A DNA stretch of 64,000 bases from Thermodesulfobacteriota bacterium (GCA_964291405.2 OZ219926.1:2432001-2496000), one strand, 5' to 3'; counted from the first letter of the stretch, positions 1 to 10,249 are shown. Numbers and translations are program-made. The notes: generated by a model from the letters alone, not told the origin.

Positions 1-1117
1 CGACGCGGCCCATGGCCTGCGAGTCCGACGCCATCATGCTGAAGGCACCCATATCGTGCAGCACGTCCTCGGCCGCAATCGTCTCCGGCCGAATACGCGA
101 TTCGGCAAACGCTACGTCTTCGGGAACCCCGGGGTCCAAATGGTGGCAGACCATCAGCATGTCGAGGTGTTCGTCTATGGTATTGACGGTGAAAGGGCGA
201 GTTGGATTTGTTGACGACGGCAGGACGTTTGGAAACCCGCACACCTTAATAATATCCGGTGCGTGCCCCCCGCCTGCCCCCTCGGTATGGTAGGTGTGGA
301 TGGCACGGCCCTTAAACGCCGCAATCGTATCCTCGACATAGCCGGTCTCGTTCAAGGTATCGGTGTGGATGGCGACCTGGACATCATAGTCGTCAGCCAC
401 GGAGAGCGCACAGTCAATCGCGGCGGGCGTCGAGCCCCAGTCTTCGTGGAGTTTGAGTCCCATGGCACCGGCTTCGAGTTGCTCACGTAGGGCCTCGGGA
501 CGAGAGGCGTTGCCCTTGCCCAGAAAACCCAGATTCATGGGGAAGTCCTCAATCGATTCGAGCATCCGAGCGATATTCCACGGCCCTGGCGTACAGGTGG
601 TTGCGTTAGTCCCGGTGGCCGGGCCGGTCCCACCGCCGAACATCGTAGTGATGCCGGACGCCAACGCTTCGGTGATCTGTTGGGGACAGATAAAATGAAT
701 ATGCGCATCAATGCCGCCCGCGGTCAGGATCTTGCCTTCGCCGGCTAGAATCTCCGTCCCAGGGCCAATGACCAGTTCTGGCGAAACGCTCTCCATCAGG
801 AGGGGATTGCCGGCTTTGCCGATCCCGCAAATCCGGCCGTCTTTCACCCCGACATCGGCTTTCACAATGCCCCAGTGGTCAACCACGGTCGCATTGGTAA
901 TCACCAAGTCCGGTGCACCTTGGGCCGAGGTCTGGACGGGCGACTGCCCCATACCGTCGCGAATGACTTTGCCACCGCCGAACTTCACCTCATCCCCAAG
1001 CTGCGTATAATCCTGCTCGACCTCAATCAGCAGGTCAGTATCGGCCAGCCGGACCCGGTCGCCAACGGTCGGCCCGAACATGGCGGCATACCGGCGGTGT
1101 TCAATCGTTCGACTCAT
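1..1117 (-). CDS. ureC: Urease subunit alpha (3' end runs off the window)
   Basis: Manual minus-strand translation from ATG 1117: [29 protein letters not shown]; later [14 protein letters not shown] and [26 protein letters not shown] urease motifs. Absent from the ORF track because there is no stop in the window. Confidence 0.96.
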   Translation of the reverse strand, partial: MSRTIEHRRYAAMFGPTVGDRVRLADTDLLIEVEQDYTQLGDEVKFGGGKVIRDGMGQSPVQTSAQGAPDLVITNATVVDHWGIVKADVGVKDGRICGIGKAGNPLLMESVSPELVIGPGTEILAGEGKILTAGGIDAHIHFICPQQITEALASGITTMFGGGTGPATGTNATTCTPGPWNIARMLESIEDFPMNLGFLGKGNASRPEALREQLEAGAMGLKLHEDWGSTPAAIDCALSVADDYDVQVAIHTDTLNETGYVEDTIAAFKGRAIHTYHTEGAGGGHAPDIIKVCGFPNVLPSSTNPTRPFTVNTIDEHLDMLMVCHHLDPGVPEDVAFAESRIRPETIAAEDVLHDMGAFSMMASDSQAMGRV

Positions 1118-1133
1118 CCGTCTCTCCTCATCT

Positions 1134-1184
1134 AAAGAGGGAACGTGTCTTTCAATAGACTAAAGATGGACACGTTTCCTCTTT
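1134..1184. repeat. Palindromic element copy 1 (ureA-ureC intergenic)
   Basis: AAAGAGGGAACGTGTC-TTTCAATAGACTAAAGATG-GACACGTTTCCTCTTT; abuts the ureA stop codon. Confidence 0.95.
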
Positions 1185-1487
1185 CTAGCGAATCGGCTGG
1201 TGGACGCTGACCAGCTTGGTCCCGTCCGGAAAGGTGGCCTCGACCTGTACCAGATCAATCATCTCAGCTACTCCGTCCATCACATCGTCCCGACGGAGGA
1301 TGGTCGCGCCGTACGACATTAGTTCCGACACGGATTGACCGTCCCGAGCTCCTTCCAGCACCGCGCTGGTAATCAGGGCCATGGCTTCGGGATAGTTCAG
1401 CTTCAAGCCGCGCGCCTGCCGTTCCCGGGCCAGTTGGGCGGCAAGATAGATCATCAGCTTCTCTTGTTCGTGCGGAGTAAAATGCAT
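1185..1487 (-). CDS. ureA: Urease subunit gamma
   Basis: [11 protein letters not shown]...GLKLNYPEA...[21 protein letters not shown]. Start placed at 1487; the upstream ATG at 1520 lies inside repeat copy 2. Confidence 0.96.
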   Translation of the reverse strand: MHFTPHEQEKLMIYLAAQLARERQARGLKLNYPEAMALITSAVLEGARDGQSVSELMSYGATILRRDDVMDGVAEMIDLVQVEATFPDGTKLVSVHQPIR

Positions 1488-1498
1488 ACCCGTTCTCC

Positions 1499-1552
1499 GA
1501 AGAGGAAACGTGTCCAGCATCTACACGCTGTTGGAGGACCCGTTTCCTCTTT
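1499..1552. repeat. Palindromic element copy 2 (urtE-ureA intergenic)
   Basis: GAAGAGGAAACGTGTCC-AGCATCTACACGCTGTTGGA-GGACCCGTTTCCTCTTT. Confidence 0.95.
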
Positions 1553-1568
1553 GTCGTCTAGCGAGACC

Positions 1569-2264
1569 CTAAACCGATAAATGCCGTTGGACAATATCAT
1601 CCGTCAAGGCGGCGATAGGTCCGTCGGCCACCACACTACCCTTTTCCATCACGGCAAAGGCATCCGCCACCCGGCGGGCAAAGGGGAGTTTCTGCTCGAC
1701 TAACAGAATGGTCAGGTTTTCCTCTTGGTTAAGCCGCAGCAGGATATCGCCGATCTCCTGGACGATATTGGGCTGAATGCCCTCGGTGGGCTCATCCAGA
1801 ATCAGCAGCTTCGGGTTCAGAGCCAGGGCACGGCCTATGGCCAACTGCTGCTGCTGTCCGCCGGACAGATCCCCGCCCCGCCGTCCGAGCATTTGCTCGA
1901 GCACGGGAAAGTAGTGGAACACCGACTCGGGGATCGTCCCAACCGCATCACGCCGCGCCGGCAGACCGATGCGCAGGTTTTCCTCAACGGTCAGTTGAGG
2001 AAAGATCTCGCGGCCCTGGGGAACATAGCCGATGCCGAGGCGCGCCCGCAGCGCCGCCGGACGACGCACCAGCTCGGCGTTCTCAAATTGGAGACTGCCG
2101 GAGGCGATGGGCAAGATGCCCATGATGGTCTTGAGCAGGGTGGTCTTGCCGACCCCGTTCCGACCCATCAGGCAGGTGCAGGACCCGGCTGGGATGTGGA
2201 GGTCAACATCCCATAAAATATGACTCTCGCCATAATATTGATTCAGGTTCTGAATGCGGATCAT
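1569..2264 (-). CDS. urtE: Urea ABC transporter ATP-binding subunit
   Basis: Walker A GRNGVGKTT, LSGGQQQQLAIGRAL, DEPTEGIQPNIV; urt context. Confidence 0.93.
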   Translation of the reverse strand: MIRIQNLNQYYGESHILWDVDLHIPAGSCTCLMGRNGVGKTTLLKTIMGILPIASGSLQFENAELVRRPAALRARLGIGYVPQGREIFPQLTVEENLRIGLPARRDAVGTIPESVFHYFPVLEQMLGRRGGDLSGGQQQQLAIGRALALNPKLLILDEPTEGIQPNIVQEIGDILLRLNQEENLTILLVEQKLPFARRVADAFAVMEKGSVVADGPIAALTDDIVQRHLSV

Positions 2265-2280
2265 CGTCGTCCTCGGCCCG

Positions 2281-3105
2281 CTAGGCTCCCAAATAGACCT
2301 CGACCACACGAGGGTCGCTCTGCACCTCTTCCATACTGCCTTCGGCCAGGACGCTCCCCTCGTGCAAGACCGTCACCGTCCGGGCCAGACTGCGGACAAA
2401 CTCCATGTCGTGTTCGACAACCACGACGGTATGTTTGCCGGCCAGCGACACCAGCAATTCGGCCGTTCGTTCCGTCTCCTGGTGGGTCATGCCGGCCACG
2501 GGCTCGTCCACCAACAATAACTGCGGATCTTGCATCAGCAGCATGCCGAGTTCCAACCACTGCTTTTGTCCGTGTGAGAGCAGCCCGGCGCGGGTGTAGA
2601 GCTGATCGAGGAGTCCGACCGTGTCAGCGGTCGAGGCAATGCGCTCGTGTTGCGTACGGCTCAGCCGGGCGAGCAGGCTATGCCACACCTTTTTATTCGC
2701 CTGCATGGCCAACTCCAGGTTTTCGAAGACGGTATGACCGTGGAAGACGGTCGGGCGCTGAAACTTCCGGCCGATTCCGGCCAGGGCGATGTCGTATTCC
2801 GAGAGTAGCGTCAGGTCCAGGTTGTTGCCAAAAAACACCGTCCCGGTATCCGGCCGGGTCTTGCCGGTGATGACATCCAGCAGAGTTGTTTTGCCGGCCC
2901 CGTTGGGGCCAATCAGACAGCGGAGCTCACCGGCGTTGAGATATAGCGTCAGCGCATTCAGGGCTTTCAGGCCATCGAAGCTCACCGTCACATCTTCAAC
3001 ATAGAGAATGACGCCGTGGCTGGTATCCAGTCCGGGCTGGGCCACATGGGCCATCGCCGGGCTGCCGCCCTGATCGATTGTTTCCTCCGGCATATCCCGA
3101 TTCAT
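2281..3105 (-). CDS. urtD: Urea ABC transporter ATP-binding subunit
   Basis: GPNGAGKTT, GIGRKFQRPTVF, LSHGQKQWLELGML; start estimated. Confidence 0.92.
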   Translation of the reverse strand: MNRDMPEETIDQGGSPAMAHVAQPGLDTSHGVILYVEDVTVSFDGLKALNALTLYLNAGELRCLIGPNGAGKTTLLDVITGKTRPDTGTVFFGNNLDLTLLSEYDIALAGIGRKFQRPTVFHGHTVFENLELAMQANKKVWHSLLARLSRTQHERIASTADTVGLLDQLYTRAGLLSHGQKQWLELGMLLMQDPQLLLVDEPVAGMTHQETERTAELLVSLAGKHTVVVVEHDMEFVRSLARTVTVLHEGSVLAEGSMEEVQSDPRVVEVYLGA

Positions 3106-3127
3106 GTTCTCGTCCCCGGTCCGGCAC

Positions 3128-4324
3128 CTATCCCGTCGTCTCACCAGTCTGCGGCTCAGCCTGCCGGCGCAATAAACCGGCCACACCACGAGGGAGAAAA
3201 AGAGTGACGACAATAAACATCCCTCCGAGAATATACAGCCACAGATAGGGAAACGCAGCAGTACACCAGCTTTTGATGCCATTGACCAAAAAAGCGCCAA
3301 GCAGGGCACCGGACAGGGTGCCACGTCCACCGACCGCGACCCAGATAGCCATCTCAATGGAATTGGCGGGCTGCATCTCGCTGGGGTTAATAATACCCAC
3401 CTGGGGGACGTACAGCGCGCCCGCCAAACCGCACAGCATCGCGGACAGGGTCCACAGGAAGAGTTTATAACCATGCGGGTTATAGCCGCAGAACATCAAA
3501 CGGCTCTCCGCATCGCGAACGGCCATGAGTACCCGTCCCAGCTTCGACATGACCAGATAGCGGCAGGCCAGATAGGCGAGTACGAGGACCACCACAGAGG
3601 TCACGTAGAGCCCCAGCTTGGTCGTCGGCTCTTGCAGCGAAAACCCGAGCAGGCGCTTAAAATCGGTCAGGCCGTTATTCCCGCCGAATCCCGTGTCGTT
3701 GCGGAAGAACAGCAGCATCAGCGCGTAGGTCATGGCCTGCGTAATGATAGAGAAGTAGACCCCACGAATCCGCGAGCGAAAGGCAAAAAAACCGAAGATA
3801 TAGGCCAGTATTCCAGGGACGATGAGGGCCATCCCCAGGGCAAAGCCAAAGTTGCTGAACCCATACCAGTACCACGGCAGTTCTTTCCAATCGAGAAAGA
3901 CCATGAAGTCGGGCAGTTCGCTCCGATAGACCCCCTCCGTCCCGATGGCCCGCATCAGGTGCATCCCCATGGCATAGCCGCCCAGCGCAAAGAACACGCC
4001 GTGCCCCAGGCTGAGAATGCCGGCATATCCCCAGATCAGATCCACGGCCAGGGCAACCAGGGCATAGCACATGAACTTGCCGAGCAGCGGGATGAGATAG
4101 TCCGGAAAGTGGAACGCCGAGTCGGCGGGCAGCAGATTCAGGCTGGGAATGACAATCACCCCAAGGAAGAAGAGCAGCCCGATCAGGCTCCACCCGCCTC
4201 GGGTATGAAGCCGCAGAATGGCCGTCAGCACGGAGTCAGACTGCTCAGGATGCTCCGCTAGCCGCGCCGGCTGGTCGGCGACCAGCGGCTCTGGAGAAGT
4301 CTCAGACAATGAGGAACTCACCAC
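3128..4324 (-). CDS. urtC: Urea ABC transporter permease
   Basis: DLIWGYAGILSLGHGVFFALGGYAMGM, LPDFMVFLDWKELPW, GFGGNNGLTDF; start estimated at GTG just after the urtB stop. Confidence 0.92.
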   Translation of the reverse strand: MVSSSLSETSPEPLVADQPARLAEHPEQSDSVLTAILRLHTRGGWSLIGLLFFLGVIVIPSLNLLPADSAFHFPDYLIPLLGKFMCYALVALAVDLIWGYAGILSLGHGVFFALGGYAMGMHLMRAIGTEGVYRSELPDFMVFLDWKELPWYWYGFSNFGFALGMALIVPGILAYIFGFFAFRSRIRGVYFSIITQAMTYALMLLFFRNDTGFGGNNGLTDFKRLLGFSLQEPTTKLGLYVTSVVVLVLAYLACRYLVMSKLGRVLMAVRDAESRLMFCGYNPHGYKLFLWTLSAMLCGLAGALYVPQVGIINPSEMQPANSIEMAIWVAVGGRGTLSGALLGAFLVNGIKSWCTAAFPYLWLYILGGMFIVVTLFLPRGVAGLLRRQAEPQTGETTG

Positions 4325-4328
4325 CGAC

Positions 4329-6008
4329 TTAGCTTTCCGCCAAGCGTCCCTTGAGCGCAAATAAGCCTTGGGGCCGCTGCTGGATGAATAAGACAATAAA
4401 AATGAGCACGCCAATTTTTCCCAATACCGCGCCGGCGACCGGTTCGAGCAGCTTATTGACCAAGCCCAGACTCAGCGCGCCTACCACTGTGCCAGCGATA
4501 TTCCCGACCCCGCCCAGCACCACGACCATAAACGAATCCACAATATACAGGCGGCCGAGTTCCGGCCCGACATTGCCAATCTGGGACAGCGCGACCCCAC
4601 CCAGGCCGGCAATGCCCGAACCCAAGCCAAAGGTCCACATATCAACCCGGCCCGCCGATATGCCCATGCAGGACGCCATGGGTCTGTTCTGGGTGACGGC
4701 TCGGACCTGTAAACCGAGGCGGGTCCGCTGGAGAATGAGCCAGACCAGGCCGACCACCAGCGCGACAAACAGAATAATGGCCAGCCGACTATACGGCAAA
4801 ACAACACCGTACAGGACTTCGGTGCCGCCCGACAGCCAGGACGGATTCGCTACCTGTACATTTTGGGCCCCGAAGATGAGACGCACACTCTGAATCAGAA
4901 CGAGGCTGATACCCCAGGTTGCGAGCAGAGTTTCCAAGGGGCGACCGTATAGAAAGCGGATCACCCCGCGCTCCAAGATCATCCCTGTCAGCAGACACAC
5001 CCCAAAAGCGGCCGGGATCGCGACCGCCAGATACCAGTCAAACCACGCCGGGAAACTCTCTTGAAAGATCCCCTGGACCACATAGCTGGCGTACGCGCCG
5101 AGCATTAACATCTCGCCGTGAGCCATGTTAATGACGCCCATTAGGCCAAACGTGATACCCAGGCCAAGGGCAGCCAGGAGCAATACACTGCCCAGACTCG
5201 TCCCATAGAAGAGATTCCCCAGGCTGTTGATCAGAAACTGAGTGCGTTCAAAGCTCGCTAGAGCGGCCGCGGCAGCTTCGCGTACCTCCGGGTCGGCCTC
5301 AACAAAAGAGCCATCTTCTTGGGTTGCGACCAGGGCTTCCAGTTGGGGTCGTAGCCCAAGGTTGCCCGACTCACCAATCATCCGAATAGCGGCGAGTCGC
5401 ACAGTTTGGTCTTCGCTCTGAAGCTGCATTTGCGCCACAGCGACGGCCAGGACATCCCGCACCGCAGCCTCGGTCTCGCGCTCCAGGACAGCTTGCAGAG
5501 GGCCCATCATCTCGGGCCGCGGACGCTTGGTCAGCTCTTCCGCCGCGGCCAGGCGTACGGCAGCGTCGGGAGCGTGTAACTCAAGTTGAGCAATAACCGG
5601 CCGTAACGCTCGCCGAATGGCATTGTTGATCCGAGGCGTCCGCAGCGCGGCCTCATCCAACTCCACGGTCTCCCCACTGAGCGCATCGCGCAGGCTGCCG
5701 TCTTCGGCTTTGATGTAGATGAGTCCGGCCTCATCGACCCGCAAACGCCGGTCGCCTAAAGCTTCAAGAGCGGGCAACGCGGCCGGGTCGTTCAGCGTGC
5801 CGAGCGCTGTTATTGCCTGCCGGACATCCCGACGACTCTTGGCTCCCAATCCCTGCAGGAGAGAGGTAAGGTCTCCCCCCGCAGCGGAGGCACCGGGGGG
5901 AGACGGGAGGCCGAGCAGCAGAATGAGAGACAGAAAGAGAAGGGAGATAGAGAGAAGGGGGTTCCTCTCTGTCTCAGTTCTCTGTCTCAATTCTCTGTCG
6001 CTCTTCAT
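4329..6008 (-). CDS. urtB: Urea ABC transporter permease with N-terminal periplasmic HEAT-like domain
   Basis: GLGITFGLMGVINMAHGE, YGRPLETLLATWG, RPQGLF motifs. Confidence 0.92.
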   Translation of the reverse strand: MKSDRELRQRTETERNPLLSISLLFLSLILLLGLPSPPGASAAGGDLTSLLQGLGAKSRRDVRQAITALGTLNDPAALPALEALGDRRLRVDEAGLIYIKAEDGSLRDALSGETVELDEAALRTPRINNAIRRALRPVIAQLELHAPDAAVRLAAAEELTKRPRPEMMGPLQAVLERETEAAVRDVLAVAVAQMQLQSEDQTVRLAAIRMIGESGNLGLRPQLEALVATQEDGSFVEADPEVREAAAAALASFERTQFLINSLGNLFYGTSLGSVLLLAALGLGITFGLMGVINMAHGEMLMLGAYASYVVQGIFQESFPAWFDWYLAVAIPAAFGVCLLTGMILERGVIRFLYGRPLETLLATWGISLVLIQSVRLIFGAQNVQVANPSWLSGGTEVLYGVVLPYSRLAIILFVALVVGLVWLILQRTRLGLQVRAVTQNRPMASCMGISAGRVDMWTFGLGSGIAGLGGVALSQIGNVGPELGRLYIVDSFMVVVLGGVGNIAGTVVGALSLGLVNKLLEPVAGAVLGKIGVLIFIVLFIQQRPQGLFALKGRLAES

Positions 6009-6119
6009 GCTGTTTCAGCCAGAAAATGCTTTACCGGGGAACGAATTCCCCGGCTATATGACGACACAAGGGGACTGGTGCCGACTCGCGCCAACACCAG
6101 TCCGTCACGGGCAGAGCCC

Positions 6120-7454
6120 CTAGTTTTTGAACTTGGGCTCGGTGCAGTTACCACACACCCAGGGATAGGTCCAGTCGGCAACCTTCTTGGCGCTATCCGG
6201 GATAAACGGACTCCAGGCCTGGGCCCGAATGGGTCCTTCGGTGTTCCAGACGATATCGAACTGGCCGTCTTCGCGGACTTCGGCAATCAGGACTGGTTTG
6301 TGCAGATGGTGGTTCTTGGCATCCATGCTGATGTCAAAGCCGGAGGGCGAGCGCACCACCTGGTTGCCGACGGCCTGGCGCACGGCATCAACCTCGGTTG
6401 TTTGGGCTTGTTCGACCGCCTGGGCCCACATCTGGATACCAATATAGGTGGCTTCCATCGGGTCGTTGGTCACCCGCTTATCGCCACCCGGCAGTTCATG
6501 TTTTTTCACATAGGCATTCCATTTGGCCACAAAGTCTTTGTTCTCGGGGGTCTCGACCGACATGAAATAATTCCAGGCCGCCAGATGACCGACCAGCGGG
6601 GCGGTATCGATACCCCGGAGTTCTTCCTCGCCAACCGAGAAGGCGACAACGGGAATGTCCTCAGCCTTCAGCCCCTGGTTGGCCAACTCTTTGTAGAACG
6701 GTACGTTCGAGTCGCCGTTAATCGTTGAAACAACCGCGGTTTGTTTGCCGACCGCGAATTTCTTGATATCGGCCACGATGGTCTGATAGTCGCTATGGCC
6801 GAAGGGCGTATAGAGCTCCATGATGTCTGCTTTGGCCACCCCTTTGGATTCCAGAAAATAGTTGAGAATCTTATTCGTCGTCCGGGGATAGACATAGTCC
6901 GTGCCCAGCAACACGAAGCGTTCCGCTCCGCCGCCGTCCTCGCTCATCAGATATTCGACGGCTGGAATCGCCTGCTGGTTTGGCGCGGCACCCGTGTAGA
7001 ACACATTGAAAGAAGACTCTTCGCCTTCGTACTGGACCGGATAGAAGAGCAAGCCGTTCAGCTCTTCAAAGACGGGTAAGACCGATTTGCGCGACACCGA
7101 GGTCCAGCAGCCGAAGACGACCGCGACTTTTTCCTGTTGGATCAACTCGCGCGCTTTTTCGGCAAAGAGCGGCCAGTCCGAGGCCGGGTCAACCACAACC
7201 GGCTCGACCGGACGGCCCAGCAGCCCACCGGCCTCGTTAATTTCTTCAATCGCCATCAAGGCCACATCCTTCAGCGACGTTTCGCTAATCGCCATCGTCC
7301 CGCTCAGCGAGTGCAGGATGCCAACCTTAATGGGGTCGGCCGCCTGGGCAGCCGGTAGCCAGGTGAGTAATCCGACCAGCAGGCCGACCGGAAGTATCAG
7401 GCGGGCGGCCACGAGCCGCGCGCGGCGGGGAACATAGGTCAATAAGGTCATCAT
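6120..7454 (-). CDS. urtA: Urea ABC transporter substrate-binding protein
   Basis: IKVGILHSLSGTMAISE, FGCWTSVSRKSVLPVFE, FYPVQYEGEE; signal peptide. Confidence 0.95.
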   Translation of the reverse strand: MMTLLTYVPRRARLVAARLILPVGLLVGLLTWLPAAQAADPIKVGILHSLSGTMAISETSLKDVALMAIEEINEAGGLLGRPVEPVVVDPASDWPLFAEKARELIQQEKVAVVFGCWTSVSRKSVLPVFEELNGLLFYPVQYEGEESSFNVFYTGAAPNQQAIPAVEYLMSEDGGGAERFVLLGTDYVYPRTTNKILNYFLESKGVAKADIMELYTPFGHSDYQTIVADIKKFAVGKQTAVVSTINGDSNVPFYKELANQGLKAEDIPVVAFSVGEEELRGIDTAPLVGHLAAWNYFMSVETPENKDFVAKWNAYVKKHELPGGDKRVTNDPMEATYIGIQMWAQAVEQAQTTEVDAVRQAVGNQVVRSPSGFDISMDAKNHHLHKPVLIAEVREDGQFDIVWNTEGPIRAQAWSPFIPDSAKKVADWTYPWVCGNCTEPKFKN

Positions 7455-7490
7455 TCGACTTCTCCTTTTCGTTATGCGGTTACTACATCC

Positions 7491-8777
7491 TTAGAACAGA
7501 ATCTGGGTTTGCACCCGGACTTGGTCGGCGCTCGTGGCCCGACCGAGAAACGGGTCGCCGTCCAGATAGCTGTAGTCCATCTGAAGCTTCACGTTGTGGC
7601 CGTACAGATAATAGTTAAGGCCGGCCGTGTACTCCCGGACATCACCGGCCGTTCTGACATAGTTGGCAAACTGAAAGTCCACCCCGGAGACGCGTGCGGC
7701 CAGCTCCAGCTTGTCGGTCAAGTAATAGCCAAGCTGTCCGTAATAACCCCAGTCGTGGCCGGTCTCGTCCCGGTGTTCATAATTGTTGCGCCGAAAATAG
7801 CCCGCAGCTTGGGCGGTAAAGCCCAGGTAGCGAAACCCGCCGTCCACAGTGACATTGGTCGTGCGGTCGCCGCGTCTGACGTTCTGAAAGCCGGAGGGGT
7901 CGTCCACCGGATTGAAGGCCGCGGCAATCCCGATGGATAGCTGCGGAGACAGGGCCGGAGTCGGCGAGCTTTCCAGGTACCCGTAGGCGTCCAGCAGGTC
8001 GTATTCCAGGCGTCCCTGCCAGGCGACTTCGCCCCCGGCGTTCTGCTGCCCGCCGGCGTCCAGCGCCCGGATGCTGTTGGTCACCACGCCGTGGTAGGAC
8101 AGCTTGCCGACCTTGCCGCTGACGTTGGCGCCGACCGCGCGCTGCAGGTTGAACGCATAGTCCGCCACGGACAGGTCGGGGAACAGCAGATTACCCGGAT
8201 GGGTGTAGAACTGGCGACTATAGGGCAGAATAAAACGACCGGCCTGCACATTCAGGTACTGAGAGTGGCTGTACTGCATCCACCAGTCGAGCATGGTGGC
8301 GTTATTGCTGTTGCCGAACGTCGTGGCCTCGTACTGGAAGAAATATTTGACTTTGGGATCAAAGACATTCCCGGAGAATGCCAGTCGTGCCAGAGCAACG
8401 TCGAAGTTGTTGCGGCTTTTCCCCTCGTTCGGCGCAGTCATGGTGTATCGGGCCTGAAGGAAACCATTCAGGTTGACCGAGTAACGCCCATCTTTACTGC
8501 GGATGAAAAACCCATTGTCATACACATCTTCCGCGGCAAAACCTTTCTTCCGCGTTCCCGCTGCGTAACCGAAATCGACTCCTTTCTCGGTCCGTTCCTT
8601 CTCCTTTGCTTCGAGTTCCATCATGCGGCTCTCAAGAGCCTGCATGACCTTGTGCTGCGCGGCGAGTTGTTGGCGTAACTCGCCGAGCTCATCGGCCAGC
8701 ACCGGGGTCGCCAGGGCGCTGATAACAAGGCCTGCAATCAGACGGGCCAGTGCGACGCGTCTCCCTCTTCCTCTCAT
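7491..8777 (-). CDS. Outer-membrane porin (OprO/OprP/FmdC-like)
   Basis: Signal peptide, short coiled-coil, amphipathic beta strands, GLNYYLYGHNVKLQMDY, C-terminal Phe; first gene of the urt operon. Confidence 0.8.
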   Translation of the reverse strand: MRGRGRRVALARLIAGLVISALATPVLADELGELRQQLAAQHKVMQALESRMMELEAKEKERTEKGVDFGYAAGTRKKGFAAEDVYDNGFFIRSKDGRYSVNLNGFLQARYTMTAPNEGKSRNNFDVALARLAFSGNVFDPKVKYFFQYEATTFGNSNNATMLDWWMQYSHSQYLNVQAGRFILPYSRQFYTHPGNLLFPDLSVADYAFNLQRAVGANVSGKVGKLSYHGVVTNSIRALDAGGQQNAGGEVAWQGRLEYDLLDAYGYLESSPTPALSPQLSIGIAAAFNPVDDPSGFQNVRRGDRTTNVTVDGGFRYLGFTAQAAGYFRRNNYEHRDETGHDWGYYGQLGYYLTDKLELAARVSGVDFQFANYVRTAGDVREYTAGLNYYLYGHNVKLQMDYSYLDGDPFLGRATSADQVRVQTQILF

Positions 8778-8834
8778 ATGCTTGTTTACTCCTTCCTTTC
8801 GACTGCGAGCGATTCAGACAGAGCTGAGGAAAGG

Positions 8835-8850
8835 AGCAAAATAGAGGCCA
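8835..8850 (-). promoter_or_regulatory. sigma54 (-24/-12) promoter for porin-urtABCDE-ureAC
   Basis: Minus strand TGGCCTCTATTTTGCT, GG-N10-GC spacing. Confidence 0.7.
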
Positions 8851-8977
8851 GACTGTGCGAGGCTATAGAAAATCTCTGGCTACGATGCGTTGAGGAATTG
8901 ACATATCAAGGAAAAACGGGGTGATGGGCAAAATTCATTGACCTGTTCAAGAATCATCAATTTGCCCTATTATTATA

Positions 8978-8990
8978 CAAAGTGTTGATT
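8978..8990 (-). promoter_or_regulatory. IHF-like binding site
   Basis: AATCAACACTTTG matches WATCAANNNNTTR and lies between two sigma54 promoters. Confidence 0.55.
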
Positions 8991-9061
8991 TTCAGGCTTA
9001 TAAATTCAGCATATTTTTCGTCAAACCTGAGCAAATCGGTTGACTCCCTCTTTCTATACCT

Positions 9062-9077
9062 CGGCAAGATTATTGCT
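9062..9077 (+). promoter_or_regulatory. sigma54 (-24/-12) promoter for ureBGDEF
   Basis: CGGCAAGATTATTGCT, GG-N10-GC spacing. Confidence 0.65.
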
Positions 9078-9135
9078 CTAAGAGTCCGTATATGGCAGAC
9101 AGAAGTGAGAGTCATGAAAGATACGAGGGGTGTAA

Positions 9136-9531
9136 ATGCCGACCGAAAAAACGGCTTCCACGCTGATTCCTGGGGAAATCCTTCCAGCTGAAGGTTCAAT
9201 CGTCTTGAATGCCGGGCGACCCGTGCAGTCCGTCACCGTTCTCAATACCGGAGACCGACCGATTCAGGTAGGTTCGCATTATCACTTCTTCGAAGCCAAT
9301 CGAGCGTTGCGTTTTCCTCGGGCCACAGCCTTTGGTCTTCGGCTTGATATTCCAGCCGGTACGGCTGTTCGCTTTGAGCCTGGAGAAGAGAAAGTGATAC
9401 AACTGGTCCCGTTCGGCGGACAACGGACGGTCTTAGGCTTGAACGGTTTGACTGAGGGCAATACAGAGAATGCAACCGTTCGGCAACGGGCGCTCCAAAA
9501 GGCGTCAGAGCAGGGCTTCCTGAAAGAGTAA
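9136..9531 (+). CDS. ureB: Urease subunit beta
   Basis: [34 protein letters not shown]. Confidence 0.96.
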   Translation: MPTEKTASTLIPGEILPAEGSIVLNAGRPVQSVTVLNTGDRPIQVGSHYHFFEANRALRFPRATAFGLRLDIPAGTAVRFEPGEEKVIQLVPFGGQRTVLGLNGLTEGNTENATVRQRALQKASEQGFLKE

Positions 9532-9577
9532 ACGTGTCCTCCGATAAACACGCAAATGCTGGACACGTTTCCTCTTT
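9523..9577. repeat. Palindromic element copy 3 (contains the ureB stop codon)
   Basis: AAAGAGTAAACGTGTCC-TCCGATAAACACGCAAATGCT-GGACACGTTTCCTCTTT. Confidence 0.95.
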
Positions 9578-9623
9578 TCCTCAGACGAAGAAACTGAGCC
9601 GGCTTAACGGTAGATGAGGCTGT

Positions 9624-10241
9624 ATGACAGATTATGCTGAAGTTCCCCGTCTCGGGATTGGTGGACCAGTCGGCTCGGGCAAGACCGCGCTGATTGAACA
9701 GGTGGTTCCCTATCTTCAGCGGCAGGGGCGGCAGGTCGCGGTTATCACCAATGATATTCTGACCCAGGAGGACGCCCAACGCCTGCGCAATCGGGGCTTC
9801 CTCTCCCCGGAACGCATAGTCGGTGTTGAGACCGGCGCATGCCCACATACAGTCATTCGCGAAGACCCGACCATGAACCTGGAAGCGGTCCGTCAGCTAG
9901 AGGAGCAGTTTCCCGCCCTGGACCTCATTATCTTAGAAAGTGGCGGAGATAATCTGGCGTCAACGTATTCTCCAGAACTCGCCGACGCCTTTGTTTTTGT
10001 CATTGATGTGGCCGGGGGTGATGACATTCCACGCAAGCGGGGGCTGGGCATTACCCGCTCAGACCTCCTGGTTATCAACAAGGTCGATCTTGCCCCCTAT
10101 GTTGGCGCCAATCTTGAGGCGATGACGCAGGATGCCCACCACGCTCGTGGGCCGCGGCCCGTTCTGCTCACCAACTGTAAAACAGGGCTGGGGATTCAGG
10201 ACGTGGGCGAGTGGATTGAACACGAGTTGCTCTTTGTCTAG
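9624..10241 (+). CDS. ureG: Urease accessory GTPase
   Basis: [27 protein letters not shown]. Confidence 0.96.
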   Translation: MTDYAEVPRLGIGGPVGSGKTALIEQVVPYLQRQGRQVAVITNDILTQEDAQRLRNRGFLSPERIVGVETGACPHTVIREDPTMNLEAVRQLEEQFPALDLIILESGGDNLASTYSPELADAFVFVIDVAGGDDIPRKRGLGITRSDLLVINKVDLAPYVGANLEAMTQDAHHARGPRPVLLTNCKTGLGIQDVGEWIEHELLFV

Positions 10242-10249
10242 TTCCCCCT

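Noticed and set aside
1488-1520. UreA N-terminal extension [11 protein letters not shown]
   Set aside because: The ATG comes from repeat copy 2; the canonical start at 1487 has its own GGAG RBS.
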